Shown piece by piece: positions 8,966-18,339 of a DNA stretch of 64,000 nucleotides. Source of the stretch: a virus; the IMG/VR virus record IMGVR_UViG_3300027969_000044, positions 102,312 through 166,311 of that record. The stretch is one strand, 5' to 3'. Every line of letters begins with the position of its first letter. Position 1 is the stretch's first letter. The notes under the pieces were generated by a model. The model was not told the origin of the DNA. It did no database searches and saw nothing but the letters and a program-made list of their open reading frames with translations. The translations under genes were made by a program, and so were the position numbers.

Positions 8966-11221
8966 TTACGCAGTCATGGTTCCGCCGCCCTTTTTAATTA
9001 GGGCAAGGGCAGTGCCCATGTCTTTTGGATGTTGATTGTACGGTGATCCTGGTAAGCTAGCCCACTCTAAATTACATTTCTTAATGGCAACTTCAAATCG
9101 ACCTGCTTTAATGTCGTCCAATGCCTTGCGGCGTTTTAACAATAAAAGACATGCTTTATCTTGATTCTCGGGACTAAAATCTGCTAGGCCCAATTGACGT
9201 TTACACTCGTCCCAGGTAGTAGTTAAGAACTGATATGCGCCTGCCGCTGTTGAAGTTAGCCCCTTTCCGTTAACTCCAGCAGTAATAGCTTTTCTAGGAT
9301 GATCGGCAAAACTATCAAACTTTTTACCAGTAAACATTGTTTTGTATCCGTCGGGCCCAGCGGTGCCTTCGCAATTACGAATCATCCATAAAAACGCCGA
9401 AATATTATCTTGGGCAACATCTCCTGTCTTAGCAGGCGGTGTGCCACTTGTAGCAGGCGGTACTTTATATTGTGTTGTTGTTTTAGCTTCTTGACTAATA
9501 ACTGGACTTGTCTTAGATGACGGTGCCGGAGTAAATGCTGGCGCAGATGAGTACTTAACTTCTTTAGTTTCTTCATTTCGTTTTACTTCTGATAGAGAAT
9601 TAATTGTACCTAAGTCGGTAGCAGATTTGCTAAATTTTTCTTTGTTTAGATTTTCGTGTTGGTCCCATGGTTCAAATGTAGGAACACGTTTTAGTATACT
9701 AATTAAATCTTCTGCTTTGTAAAACTTACCATCGCTCCAGCCGTTTTCTTTATCTCTATTAGGAAGTGTAAATTGTTGTAACGGATTTACTACACTTGCT
9801 AAATCCGGAAGTTCTGCTTCAGTTGAAGCGGTTGCCGCAGTTGCGGCTGGACCATTCATATCAATAGTACCAGCAGTTTCAATATGATGACTCGATGTAA
9901 TATTTGATGACCCTTCGGTTGCTGTAACTTTCCAATCAGTAGCACTTATCAGATTCATGTCAGTATCTGTTTGTATAAACATGCTAGTAGCAGATTTAAT
10001 ATTCAAGTCTGCGTCAGATTGTATAAACATACTAGAATCTGATTTGATGTTAAAATTACTGTTAGATCTAAAGTAACTACTATCGCTAGAAGTAACATGT
10101 AACTCGCCGGCAGTACTCATTGTTATATTATCTGTTACATTTATGTCAAGTGTACTGCCAATTGTAATAGCGCCCTTGTCATTGACATTTAGATAGTATC
10201 CGCCTTTAACATCTTGATGGAAGTCGCCGCCGGCAAAAAAGTTAATATTTCTCTGAGCTTCAATGTTTACATCACGCTCTGCTCTAAAATTAAAATCTGC
10301 TTCTGTGTGTATACTAACGCTGTCATTAGCATACATATCAATTTTTCCATCGCTCGATAATTCAATCCAAGCAGTTCCTCTACTGTTAGCAATATAAACT
10401 AAATCCTGGCTGTTATGTAAAAGTATCTGATGTCCAGTCCGTGTTCTAATACGTACTAATTCATTTTCTCCTTTTTCATCGCCGTCATCCATTACAAATG
10501 TTGTGCCGCCTAGTCGACTTACAGGAGTCTGTATACCTTCTGTATTAGGTAAAGTAACTTTTTTACCTTTTGGATCTAAGGGACCGGGCGTACTAATACC
10601 AAAGACTCCACTTGGGATTTCTCTACGTGCGCTACTAGAAGTAACTCCACGAACAGTATCTAACAATAATCCCTGCGCTAACAATCGGTCGGCAAAAGGA
10701 TGTATTGGTTTATTGTAAGTGTTTACGTTAGGATTATCAGGTGTTCTAGATTTTTTATGAAATTCACCAGTGGGCAAATTCTTTGTACCATATTTCTTTT
10801 CTTGTTCGGGAGTTATTTCAACGTTCTGTGTGGACGCAAGACCCGGTGTCATAAAATTTTGATAACGATCTTGAACACACCCAAACCAATAACCTTGATT
10901 AGGGTCGCCGTCAAGAAAAATAACCATAACAGTACTTCCAATGTCGGGCGGTACCATCCAGAATCCGTAACTTTTTTGTACATCATTAAAGCTCGCGGAA
11001 TTTGTACCTTCGTAGCGAACCGAAGTGTTTCCAGCGAACGGACTTAGGTAGTTTACAACATGGGTTTGCTCTGTTTGATTAAAAGTGGCTCCTGTCTTTT
11101 TAAGCAAGGCAACTTCTAACGCACCCATATAACTAGGGTCTAAGTGGTTAGTAATAATTCCTAAGAACGGCCCCGGAGACGGTAATTCCGAACTTGACGG
11201 ACCTCTTGTTAACTCTGCCAT
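8966..11221 (-). CDS. gp5: Baseplate central spike, gp5/VgrG-like, with C-terminal lambda-R-type lysozyme/lytic transglycosylase
   Basis: N-terminal OB-fold motif (SYGFWMVPPDIGSTVMVIF.DGDPNQGYWFGC), beta-helix repeats (RIRTRTGHQILL...; DLNIKSATSMFIQ), and C-terminal AFLWMIRNCEGT...STAAGAYQFLTTTW...FSPENQD...EWASLPGSPY matching the phage lambda R family. Confidence 0.85.
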   Translation of the reverse strand: MAELTRGPSSSELPSPGPFLGIITNHLDPSYMGALEVALLKKTGATFNQTEQTHVVNYLSPFAGNTSVRYEGTNSASFNDVQKSYGFWMVPPDIGSTVMVIFLDGDPNQGYWFGCVQDRYQNFMTPGLASTQNVEITPEQEKKYGTKNLPTGEFHKKSRTPDNPNVNTYNKPIHPFADRLLAQGLLLDTVRGVTSSSARREIPSGVFGISTPGPLDPKGKKVTLPNTEGIQTPVSRLGGTTFVMDDGDEKGENELVRIRTRTGHQILLHNSQDLVYIANSRGTAWIELSSDGKIDMYANDSVSIHTEADFNFRAERDVNIEAQRNINFFAGGDFHQDVKGGYYLNVNDKGAITIGSTLDINVTDNITMSTAGELHVTSSDSSYFRSNSNFNIKSDSSMFIQSDADLNIKSATSMFIQTDTDMNLISATDWKVTATEGSSNITSSHHIETAGTIDMNGPAATAATASTEAELPDLASVVNPLQQFTLPNRDKENGWSDGKFYKAEDLISILKRVPTFEPWDQHENLNKEKFSKSATDLGTINSLSEVKRNEETKEVKYSSAPAFTPAPSSKTSPVISQEAKTTTQYKVPPATSGTPPAKTGDVAQDNISAFLWMIRNCEGTAGPDGYKTMFTGKKFDSFADHPRKAITAGVNGKGLTSTAAGAYQFLTTTWDECKRQLGLADFSPENQDKACLLLLKRRKALDDIKAGRFEVAIKKCNLEWASLPGSPYNQHPKDMGTALALIKKGGGTMTA

Positions 11222-11223
11222 TT

Positions 11224-14200
11224 TTAAGCTTCACTCCGATTTGATGCCACTAATTTATCTAGTGGGCTTTGAACTTTTGACGCTACACTTCCAAATTTAG
11301 AAGTAACCGATTTACCTAAGTCAGTAACCGAGTCAACTCCAAATCCTGCTATAGCATTTCCGCCTGTTAAACTTGTTAAGTTACTTAATCCCGACTCAAC
11401 TGACCCGGCAGATAACCCGGTAGCACTTGCCATCATTGATTTAGCAGAGCCTAATTTGCCTGCTAATGCTGTAGCATTTAATGAATTTAACGACGGTAGA
11501 CCGTCAGTTGATAAGTTAATATCGGCCGCCGATAGACTAGGAAGGCCGCCGGCAATTCGAGCAGAATTAATCTTACTCAATGCGTCCGGAGATATCTTTT
11601 TAATATCAGGTAACTCCGGAGCAGAAGCAATTAATTCTTTTGCAGTAGCTGGAATATTTTTTAAACTATCAGATGACAAGTTAGCAAGAGATACTCCCGA
11701 CTTTGTCACAGCATCCATGTCTACATCAGACGGAACATCTTTTGCCAAATCGCCCAATTGACTAGTGGCCTTGCTTTGTAATTTTCCGCCCAGGCCGGCA
11801 AGTTGAGAAGGATTTACTCCTAAATTCTGTGCCAACGCCGTAGGATCAGTTGGCAAGCCGCCGGCTAATCCTTTTACTTTATCACCTATACCACTTACAA
11901 GACCGGCTGCTGACCCACCTATTGATTTTACAGCAGACAACGCAGACGAGCCGGCATTAGAAGCTAATGATGTTAGATTAGAAATATTTCCAGTTGCAGC
12001 CCCCGCAACATCTGAACTTAATGTTGCGTTGGTTAATTGTGATGCGCTAGCAGACGCTTGATCAGCAACATTGGCTGTTAGGTCAGTTGCGGCAGATTTA
12101 GAATTTAATGCGCTACCTGCTATTTTTCCTGCTGATCCTAGTAAGGCGGCAGTACCAAGTCCAATATTAGCAACACCATTTAGTGTGCCTGCGCTAGCTC
12201 TAACAGCGTTAGATATTCCATAAAAATTAATATTACCTCCGGGCAATCCTACTTGTTTAGCAATGCCCGATAAATCTCCAGCAATATTACTTGCGCCAGC
12301 AACAGCTCCTAATAAAGTACTACCACCTGTTTTAAGAGCTCCCGCAAAATCGCTCAAGTTTCCTGGAAGACCAATACTCGGCAAACCTCTTGATAATAAT
12401 TTAGTCACATCAAACGTACTAGGACGAACTCCTGCTTTATCGACTGTAGCTGGAGCAGAATCGGCAACAACTTGTGCTCCAGATTTTGGCTTGGTAATTA
12501 ATTCAACTGGGTCTTCTGGTTTAACTCCGTCGTCGGTAATTTGTCCAGGAACTCGAATCAAACTTAAATTTTGTTTAAACTGGCCTTCTTTAAAATTAGA
12601 TTTTACAGTTGTTACTTGATAAATGCCGCCATACGATACAAAGTTTTTACTAAACGAGACTAGCCCGGTTTCTGGATCAATGTCGTTTGGATTTCTAAAG
12701 TTAACTCTAATTAATACTTGACCAGCTTGATGATCAGCCGTACCATCTGTTGTTAATCCTTCTTCAGCTTTTGTCGGTAATTGATTTCCAATTCCGCCCA
12801 TCACAAGATAAAAAGGATCTCCAACTATTTCCATTTCAGCTGTTGCTTGGTCAACACTTTCAAGAATTGCGTTATGGGCAAATTCAGCAAACTTATAATA
12901 AGGATCTGTCCTAGGTGCGCCAGCACGACCACCTTTAGTTTGATCTTGGTCAGACGGTCTTGAATATACTGACGGAAGTGTACTTTTACTATTGTCTTTT
13001 GTATCGCTAGCCGTGACAGTAACTTTTGTAGTTCCGTTTGGCCCCATAGCATTTGCCTGTTCAAGACTAGACTCGTTACCTGCTTTAGGAGGCATAGCTT
13101 GAAAATATAAACTATTAAACTGTAACCTAAAACTTAAAATATCTAAGTTTTTTCCTGTATAGATATAGTTGTATACACGCTTAACAATTGGCATAAGATC
13201 TTCCGGATCATGAGCAACACCTTTTTGTAACGGCAGTTTTGTAAAATGTACTTTGTGTGGAATTATAACGTATTGATATGTGTTTAACGGAAGGCCAGTA
13301 ATATCATCAAGTTCAGATTTAGGAATAACATTAATCTGTATCAAGAAGTAATCAATCATTCCGTGTTCATCTTTTGCAGCGCCAATATCTTTCATGATAT
13401 TTTCAAGATATAAACTATCTCGAATTACCGCTGTAACAATTTCACTAATTTTAGAACCTTGACTAAACTGTATAACACCACCTTGCGGTTCATATTTCAT
13501 TCCTTGGCTTTGCGGCGTTGGAGATGTTTTTTCAGACGTAGAATCTGTAGCATTAGCTTGAGCATCTGCCGCTTTAGATTCGCCAGGTTTGCCTTTCTTT
13601 TCAATTGGCACCATTTTTAAAACAGAATTATTTGTTAGATAAGGAGCCATCTTGGCTTTTGATAAAACATTATCTGCTGTCTTTGATAGTTCTAATTTTT
13701 CTCCGTTAGCCGCCGAGTCAGGAAAAACAATTTCATAGCTATCGTGATTGCCTGATTTACCTTCCTTCTTTTCATTAACTGCTCGATCAACAACTGTTTT
13801 GTTAACGCTTAAAAAGAAAGATCTTAAAACTTCTCCAACAGTACTACCTGTCATTTTAATATCAGTTAAAATCTTATCAGGCTCAGCAAATGCCATATCT
13901 CCGTTAGGAACACCCTGACAAACATACTTTGTGCCTTGCTCAGTTACTGTAATTTCTACACCAGTAAAATTAAAAACAAAATAGCGACTACTATTCTCAA
14001 TTACTTTAGGAGTAGGCAAATCGTCGTCATCTGGGTAGCCATAGAATTCGATCTTTAATAAAAACGATGCCTGGGCATAGCTTTCAAACCCGGCGGCGAC
14101 AGCTGCCACGTGAAGTGCTTCTAGAAATCCGTTAAGACTTAGTGGTTCAAATACTTCAAATCTAATATTAGTAGCAACTGATGTTCCTTGTTTTTCTCCA

Positions 14201-14541
14201 GGAGCAATAACACACTCAAACTCAAGATTATCAAGGAACATGTCAAATCGACCGGGACTTTCTTTATTAAATCCTTCTACTAGTGTTTTAGCATCAAGTT
14301 TTGAAGATCCAGAATCTGGCCCTGCTACAACTCCCTTAGCGGCATTGACATTAAAGCCTTTATCTTTTCCCCCAGATTTTAAAATTACATAATCTAAACT
14401 ACTCTTTCTATAGCTTTCTGGATTTTTAAGAGCATCCCTATCTAAACAGGCAAGAGTGAACATAGGAGTATAAGACCTATAGTCGTTTAGCACATTATAT
14501 TTTGCGCCGGGGATTGACTTCTTCTTGTCTAATTCTAACAT
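11224..14541 (-). CDS. Putative baseplate hub protein (gp27-like position) with long Gly/Ala/Ser-rich C-terminal extension
   Basis: 1105 aa directly upstream of gp5; MEIVGDPFYL...YGGIYQVTTVKSNFKEGQFKQNLSLIR resembles the C-terminal part of hub/gpD-like proteins; the last ~400 aa are low complexity. Confidence 0.55.
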   Translation of the reverse strand: MLELDKKKSIPGAKYNVLNDYRSYTPMFTLACLDRDALKNPESYRKSSLDYVILKSGGKDKGFNVNAAKGVVAGPDSGSSKLDAKTLVEGFNKESPGRFDMFLDNLEFECVIAPGEKQGTSVATNIRFEVFEPLSLNGFLEALHVAAVAAGFESYAQASFLLKIEFYGYPDDDDLPTPKVIENSSRYFVFNFTGVEITVTEQGTKYVCQGVPNGDMAFAEPDKILTDIKMTGSTVGEVLRSFFLSVNKTVVDRAVNEKKEGKSGNHDSYEIVFPDSAANGEKLELSKTADNVLSKAKMAPYLTNNSVLKMVPIEKKGKPGESKAADAQANATDSTSEKTSPTPQSQGMKYEPQGGVIQFSQGSKISEIVTAVIRDSLYLENIMKDIGAAKDEHGMIDYFLIQINVIPKSELDDITGLPLNTYQYVIIPHKVHFTKLPLQKGVAHDPEDLMPIVKRVYNYIYTGKNLDILSFRLQFNSLYFQAMPPKAGNESSLEQANAMGPNGTTKVTVTASDTKDNSKSTLPSVYSRPSDQDQTKGGRAGAPRTDPYYKFAEFAHNAILESVDQATAEMEIVGDPFYLVMGGIGNQLPTKAEEGLTTDGTADHQAGQVLIRVNFRNPNDIDPETGLVSFSKNFVSYGGIYQVTTVKSNFKEGQFKQNLSLIRVPGQITDDGVKPEDPVELITKPKSGAQVVADSAPATVDKAGVRPSTFDVTKLLSRGLPSIGLPGNLSDFAGALKTGGSTLLGAVAGASNIAGDLSGIAKQVGLPGGNINFYGISNAVRASAGTLNGVANIGLGTAALLGSAGKIAGSALNSKSAATDLTANVADQASASASQLTNATLSSDVAGAATGNISNLTSLASNAGSSALSAVKSIGGSAAGLVSGIGDKVKGLAGGLPTDPTALAQNLGVNPSQLAGLGGKLQSKATSQLGDLAKDVPSDVDMDAVTKSGVSLANLSSDSLKNIPATAKELIASAPELPDIKKISPDALSKINSARIAGGLPSLSAADINLSTDGLPSLNSLNATALAGKLGSAKSMMASATGLSAGSVESGLSNLTSLTGGNAIAGFGVDSVTDLGKSVTSKFGSVASKVQSPLDKLVASNRSEA

Positions 14542-14542
14542 A

Positions 14543-14839
14543 TTAACCTATCGAGTCTCTAATAGTTTCTAGTGTGGGGAGATAAATTGTTCGACCGGGT
14601 ACAAGATCATATACTGGGTCTTTGATAAGATCTTTGTTTCGAACAGCAAACACCCACCAATAACTAACATCTCCATATAAATCAAAAGATAATAAATCAG
14701 GCCTGTGCATGTAGGCGCTTGTTATAGTCCAAGAAACATCGTCTGCTTTTTGAGCAATGTTTCTAAAAGTCATTACGTCAAGATACAATCCATTGTCTGG
14801 AGTTTTTGCGTAAGGGCTGTTTGATGAGTATATTGTCAT
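14543..14839 (-). CDS. Baseplate wedge protein, gp53-like (LysM-like)
   Basis: HRPDLLSFDLYGDVSYWWVFAVRN...PG.TIYLP motif typical of gp53/tail X LysM-like proteins. Confidence 0.75.
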   Translation of the reverse strand: MTIYSSNSPYAKTPDNGLYLDVMTFRNIAQKADDVSWTITSAYMHRPDLLSFDLYGDVSYWWVFAVRNKDLIKDPVYDLVPGRTIYLPTLETIRDSIG

Positions 14840-16237
14840 TTATAGATATCCTTTGCCTCGTTGTTTTCCATTGAGCCAATCATTAACTCCGGCTTCTTGC
14901 ATTTCTGCTCTGCTGTACATCGGATTAAGAGTTAAAGTAATTGTACTAAGAACAGGAACAATGTTATTGCCAAACATAGTACTCTTTTTTCCTACAGCAA
15001 TGTAATCAACACTGTCTGGTAGATCGTGTCTAAAACTAGCAACTGCTACAGGAACGTTTCTTAACATGTAGTCTCCATATGCCTCAAGTCGACACACAGG
15101 CGGTGGTGCTCCCGAGTCTTTATCAGGACCAAATCTCATTTTAGTTAACGATCTCAATAAGTGAATAATTCCCAGTAACACTACTCCGTCTTCTTCTTTT
15201 TGTACAGTAAATTTAGCAGTTAAATTAATTGCGCCGATGGCACTATTTTTATAAAAGAACTGAGTATAGTTACTATGTAAAGTATTTAGGGGACTATATG
15301 AAGCAGAGTGATCAAAAGAAATAGTTGGAGTGTATGGAAATATTATTCCGCCAAATTGTCTTAATACACTTGAAGGGTCAGTGTTACTTGTTAAGTAGGC
15401 TTTAGGAACACGTAAAATTGCTCTTAAATCTTTGGCATCTTTCCATTCAGCTTTTGCGCCTCCGCCACCGCCTTTACTGACCAAAGAAGAATCAACTTTG
15501 CCTGTAGGAGTTCCGTTAGCAGATTCGTCAGCCGCGGCTCTTTCTGCGGCAGCACGTTGAGCGCCTTCTAAGTCTCCAAACTCAGTATCAACAGGAATAT
15601 CTCCGGCATTGCCACTATAGTCTTTTTGGCCGGCATTTTCATTAGTAGGTGCTTCCTCTGCTTTGATTGCCGGAATGCCTGATCCATCATCAAGCGTAGT
15701 AGTACCGTCGGCGTTGTCTGTTTCACTAGATCCGTCACTGTAATATCTTGTTGTTTGTCCGTTGGTAATTTCTACACTAGTAACACGCCGTGTGGTATCA
15801 GCTTGACTAGTGTCCGGTGTTGTAGAGGCGGCGTTTTCTACGTTTGACTTCGATTCACCATCAGCAGTGCTTTGGTCTGGATTGGCGGCTCTATATTGGA
15901 TAGACTCTTGTAAGGCTTCTTGACTCTTTTCAACAGAAAACTCAGCATTGGCTACTTTCTCTTGAGCGCCAGGAATTTGTACTTCTTCTAATTGTTGGAT
16001 TTCTCTTCGGAGAGAAGCCATTTCAGTACTCAGTGCTTGAAGTTGGTCAGGTGTTTTTGTGGGGTCGTTTAAGGCAGCGTTAAATGCCGCTTCAGCTGAG
16101 TTAAGATCAACATTGGCTTCACGCAACTCACTTTGGTATATTCGTAAAGATGTTTGCTTGTCCGCAAGCCATTCTTTAGCTGAGTCAACACTCGCCTGAT
16201 ATGATTCTACATCGCCCTTTTGTCTGTATTCTGCCAT
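14840..16237 (-). CDS. Baseplate/tail-tube initiator protein (gp48/gp54-like) with N-terminal coiled-coil extension
   Basis: C-terminal GIIFPYTPTI...HSNY..FYKNS...GAPPPVCRL.AYG.YML.NVPVAV domain; first gene of the baseplate operon, with SD GAGGA upstream. Confidence 0.6.
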   Translation of the reverse strand: MAEYRQKGDVESYQASVDSAKEWLADKQTSLRIYQSELREANVDLNSAEAAFNAALNDPTKTPDQLQALSTEMASLRREIQQLEEVQIPGAQEKVANAEFSVEKSQEALQESIQYRAANPDQSTADGESKSNVENAASTTPDTSQADTTRRVTSVEITNGQTTRYYSDGSSETDNADGTTTLDDGSGIPAIKAEEAPTNENAGQKDYSGNAGDIPVDTEFGDLEGAQRAAAERAAADESANGTPTGKVDSSLVSKGGGGGAKAEWKDAKDLRAILRVPKAYLTSNTDPSSVLRQFGGIIFPYTPTISFDHSASYSPLNTLHSNYTQFFYKNSAIGAINLTAKFTVQKEEDGVVLLGIIHLLRSLTKMRFGPDKDSGAPPPVCRLEAYGDYMLRNVPVAVASFRHDLPDSVDYIAVGKKSTMFGNNIVPVLSTITLTLNPMYSRAEMQEAGVNDWLNGKQRGKGYL

Positions 16238-16258
16238 AATCGTTTGATCCTCTATACC

Positions 16259-16278
16259 TTATTTAACCAGGTAAATAA
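16259..16278. promoter_or_regulatory. Back-to-back late promoters (TTATTTA-accagg-TAAATAA inverted repeat)
   Basis: TAAATA on the minus strand (16260-16265) faces the baseplate operon; TAAATA on the plus strand (16272-16277) faces gp55. Confidence 0.55.
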
Positions 16279-16294
16279 TGTGCCAATATAATGG

Positions 16295-16324
16295 TTGACT
16301 TAGTACTTGACAAAGTGTTACACT
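16295..16324 (+). promoter_or_regulatory. Sigma70-type early/middle promoter for gp55 (TTGACT-18-TACACT with TG extended -10)
   Basis: TTGACT 16295-16300, TGT-TACACT 16316-16324; same architecture as the promoter before gp47. Confidence 0.6.
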
Positions 16325-16349
16325 TAGTAATTAAGGAGGCCGCAACAAG

Positions 16350-17279
16350 ATGGCTATTATAAAAACTATGACCCTAACATCCTCACCCGTAACAGGTAGA
16401 AAGGTAAGATACTTAAACAATAAGGACTTACTAGCAGAGATACACAAAAGCAAGATTACATTTTCGAGCTTTACTAGCCCGGATTATACACAACACGACA
16501 TAATTTTAACAAATTTAGATAAAGTTAACGTCCGTACTGTAGCAGAGGCCAAAAGAAATAGGGCTAAACGTATTGGAATAGAAATTTTTACCAAAGCAAG
16601 ATTAGCCGGCGATAAAAAAATCAAGTTAGCAGAATGTACTCCTGACTACAAAACAATTGCAAAGACAGATGTTGTAATACGCATCATGACATTTGATCAT
16701 ATTCCGTCTGCGCCAGGACGTAAAAAGACAGTAAAAAGCACTGCCGATGCCCACGACAAAGTTAATTTTCCTCCATTCCAACATTGGAAATATGACGATG
16801 CTGATCAATTAAGTTGTGTCGGAAAGAGTCATTGGAAAGGTCCGTTAGACACTGGACACTTTAGCAAAGAACACGGACGTATTACTGAAAATTTAGGTAA
16901 AATGTTTATTAAGTTATCCGAAAGATATGCCCAAAGAAGCAACTGGCGTGGATATACATATAACGAAGAAATGCGCGGGCAGGCAATTTTACAATTAAGT
17001 CAAATTGGTCTACAGTTTGACGAATCCAAGTCAGAAAATCCGTTTGCTTATTACACAGCGGCGGTTACTAACAGCTTTACTCGTGTATTGAACATTGAAA
17101 AAAAGAACCAAAATATCCGTGACGACTTGTTACAGGATAACGGATTTATGCCAAGTTTAACAAGACAAACAGCGGCTGAATACGCAGAAGAAAATGCTCG
17201 ACAAGCGGAATTATATAAGAACTTTCGTATGCCAAAATCAGAGGATGTCCCGGACGAAGAACCTAGTGAAGAGGCTTGA
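16350..17279 (+). CDS. gp55: Late-transcription sigma factor, T4 gp55-like
   Basis: YLNNKDLL.EI N-terminus and LSERYA.RSNWRGYTY.EEM...FDESKSENPFAYYT....NSF.RVL..EKK motifs; the gp55-gp47-gp46 order matches T4-like phages. Confidence 0.85.
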   Translation: MAIIKTMTLTSSPVTGRKVRYLNNKDLLAEIHKSKITFSSFTSPDYTQHDIILTNLDKVNVRTVAEAKRNRAKRIGIEIFTKARLAGDKKIKLAECTPDYKTIAKTDVVIRIMTFDHIPSAPGRKKTVKSTADAHDKVNFPPFQHWKYDDADQLSCVGKSHWKGPLDTGHFSKEHGRITENLGKMFIKLSERYAQRSNWRGYTYNEEMRGQAILQLSQIGLQFDESKSENPFAYYTAAVTNSFTRVLNIEKKNQNIRDDLLQDNGFMPSLTRQTAAEYAEENARQAELYKNFRMPKSEDVPDEEPSEEA

Positions 17280-17305
17280 CCTTTACAGAATAAATCTGTT
17301 ATACT
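17276..17305 (+). promoter_or_regulatory. Sigma70-type promoter for gp47-gp46 (TTGACC-18-TATACT, TG extended -10)
   Basis: TTGACC 17276-17281, TGT-TATACT 17297-17305, SD AGGAG downstream. Confidence 0.65.
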
Positions 17306-17325
17306 AATTCTAGGAGATTCTATTA

Positions 17326-18339
17326 ATGGCACTTTTTAAGAAAGTAGCATGTTTTACCGACATACACTTTGGACTAAAATCAAATAGTCAATTACATAAT
17401 CAAGATTGCGAAGACTTCGTTGATTGGTTTATCGAAACATCAAAAAAGGAAGGTTGTGAAACTGCAATCTTCCTAGGTGATTGGCATCATAACCGTAACT
17501 CAATTAACTTAATTACGTTAGACACATCGATCCGCTGCCTGGAAAAATTAGGAGCGGCCTTCGAGCAGTTCTATTGGTTTCCAGGTAACCACGATCTGTT
17601 CTATAAAGACAAGCGTGATATTCATAGTTCTGCGTTTGGGCGTCACATTCCAGGTGTAACTGTTGTTGATCGTGTTACAACAATTGACAATGTTACCTTG
17701 GTTCCTTGGCTAATTGGCGACGAGTGGAAAACTATTAGTCAAGTTAAGAGCAAATACATGTTTGGGCACTTTGAATTGCCCTTGTTCTACATGAACGCAA
17801 TGGTACAAATGCCCGATCATGGTGAATTACAAGCAAGTCACTTCAAACATCAGGACTATGTGTTTAGTGGACACTTCCACAAACGTCAACAACGTGACAA
17901 AATTATCTACATGGGCAATGCGTTTCCGCACAATTTTGCCGATACATGGGACGATGCTCGAGGTATGATGACCTTAGAGTGGGACAGTGAGCCGCAGTTT
18001 ATTGACTGGCCAGACTGTCCTAAGTATAGAACCGTCAAACTAAGCAGGCTAATTGACGAAAAAGATACTATTATGAAAAGTAAGATGTATCTAAAAGTTA
18101 ATCTTGATATCGATATTACATTTGAGGAAGCAAACTTCATCAAAGAAACCTATATGGTCGAACATGATATTAGAGAAATTAGTCTAATACAAGAAAAAAG
18201 CAATGTAGATGGCACATCTGATGACTTACCTGATAGTAAGTTTGAAAGTGTTGATCAGATTGTAACAGAACAACTGGTTAATATCGAGTCTAAGGACTTT
18301 GATAAAGCAATTTTACTGGACATTTATAATAATCTCTAA
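17326..18339 (+). CDS. gp47: Recombination endonuclease subunit, gp47/Mre11/SbcD metallophosphoesterase
   Basis: FTDIHFG, LGDWHH, PGNHD, GHFE and SGHFH phosphoesterase motifs. Confidence 0.92.
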   Translation: MALFKKVACFTDIHFGLKSNSQLHNQDCEDFVDWFIETSKKEGCETAIFLGDWHHNRNSINLITLDTSIRCLEKLGAAFEQFYWFPGNHDLFYKDKRDIHSSAFGRHIPGVTVVDRVTTIDNVTLVPWLIGDEWKTISQVKSKYMFGHFELPLFYMNAMVQMPDHGELQASHFKHQDYVFSGHFHKRQQRDKIIYMGNAFPHNFADTWDDARGMMTLEWDSEPQFIDWPDCPKYRTVKLSRLIDEKDTIMKSKMYLKVNLDIDITFEEANFIKETYMVEHDIREISLIQEKSNVDGTSDDLPDSKFESVDQIVTEQLVNIESKDFDKAILLDIYNNL

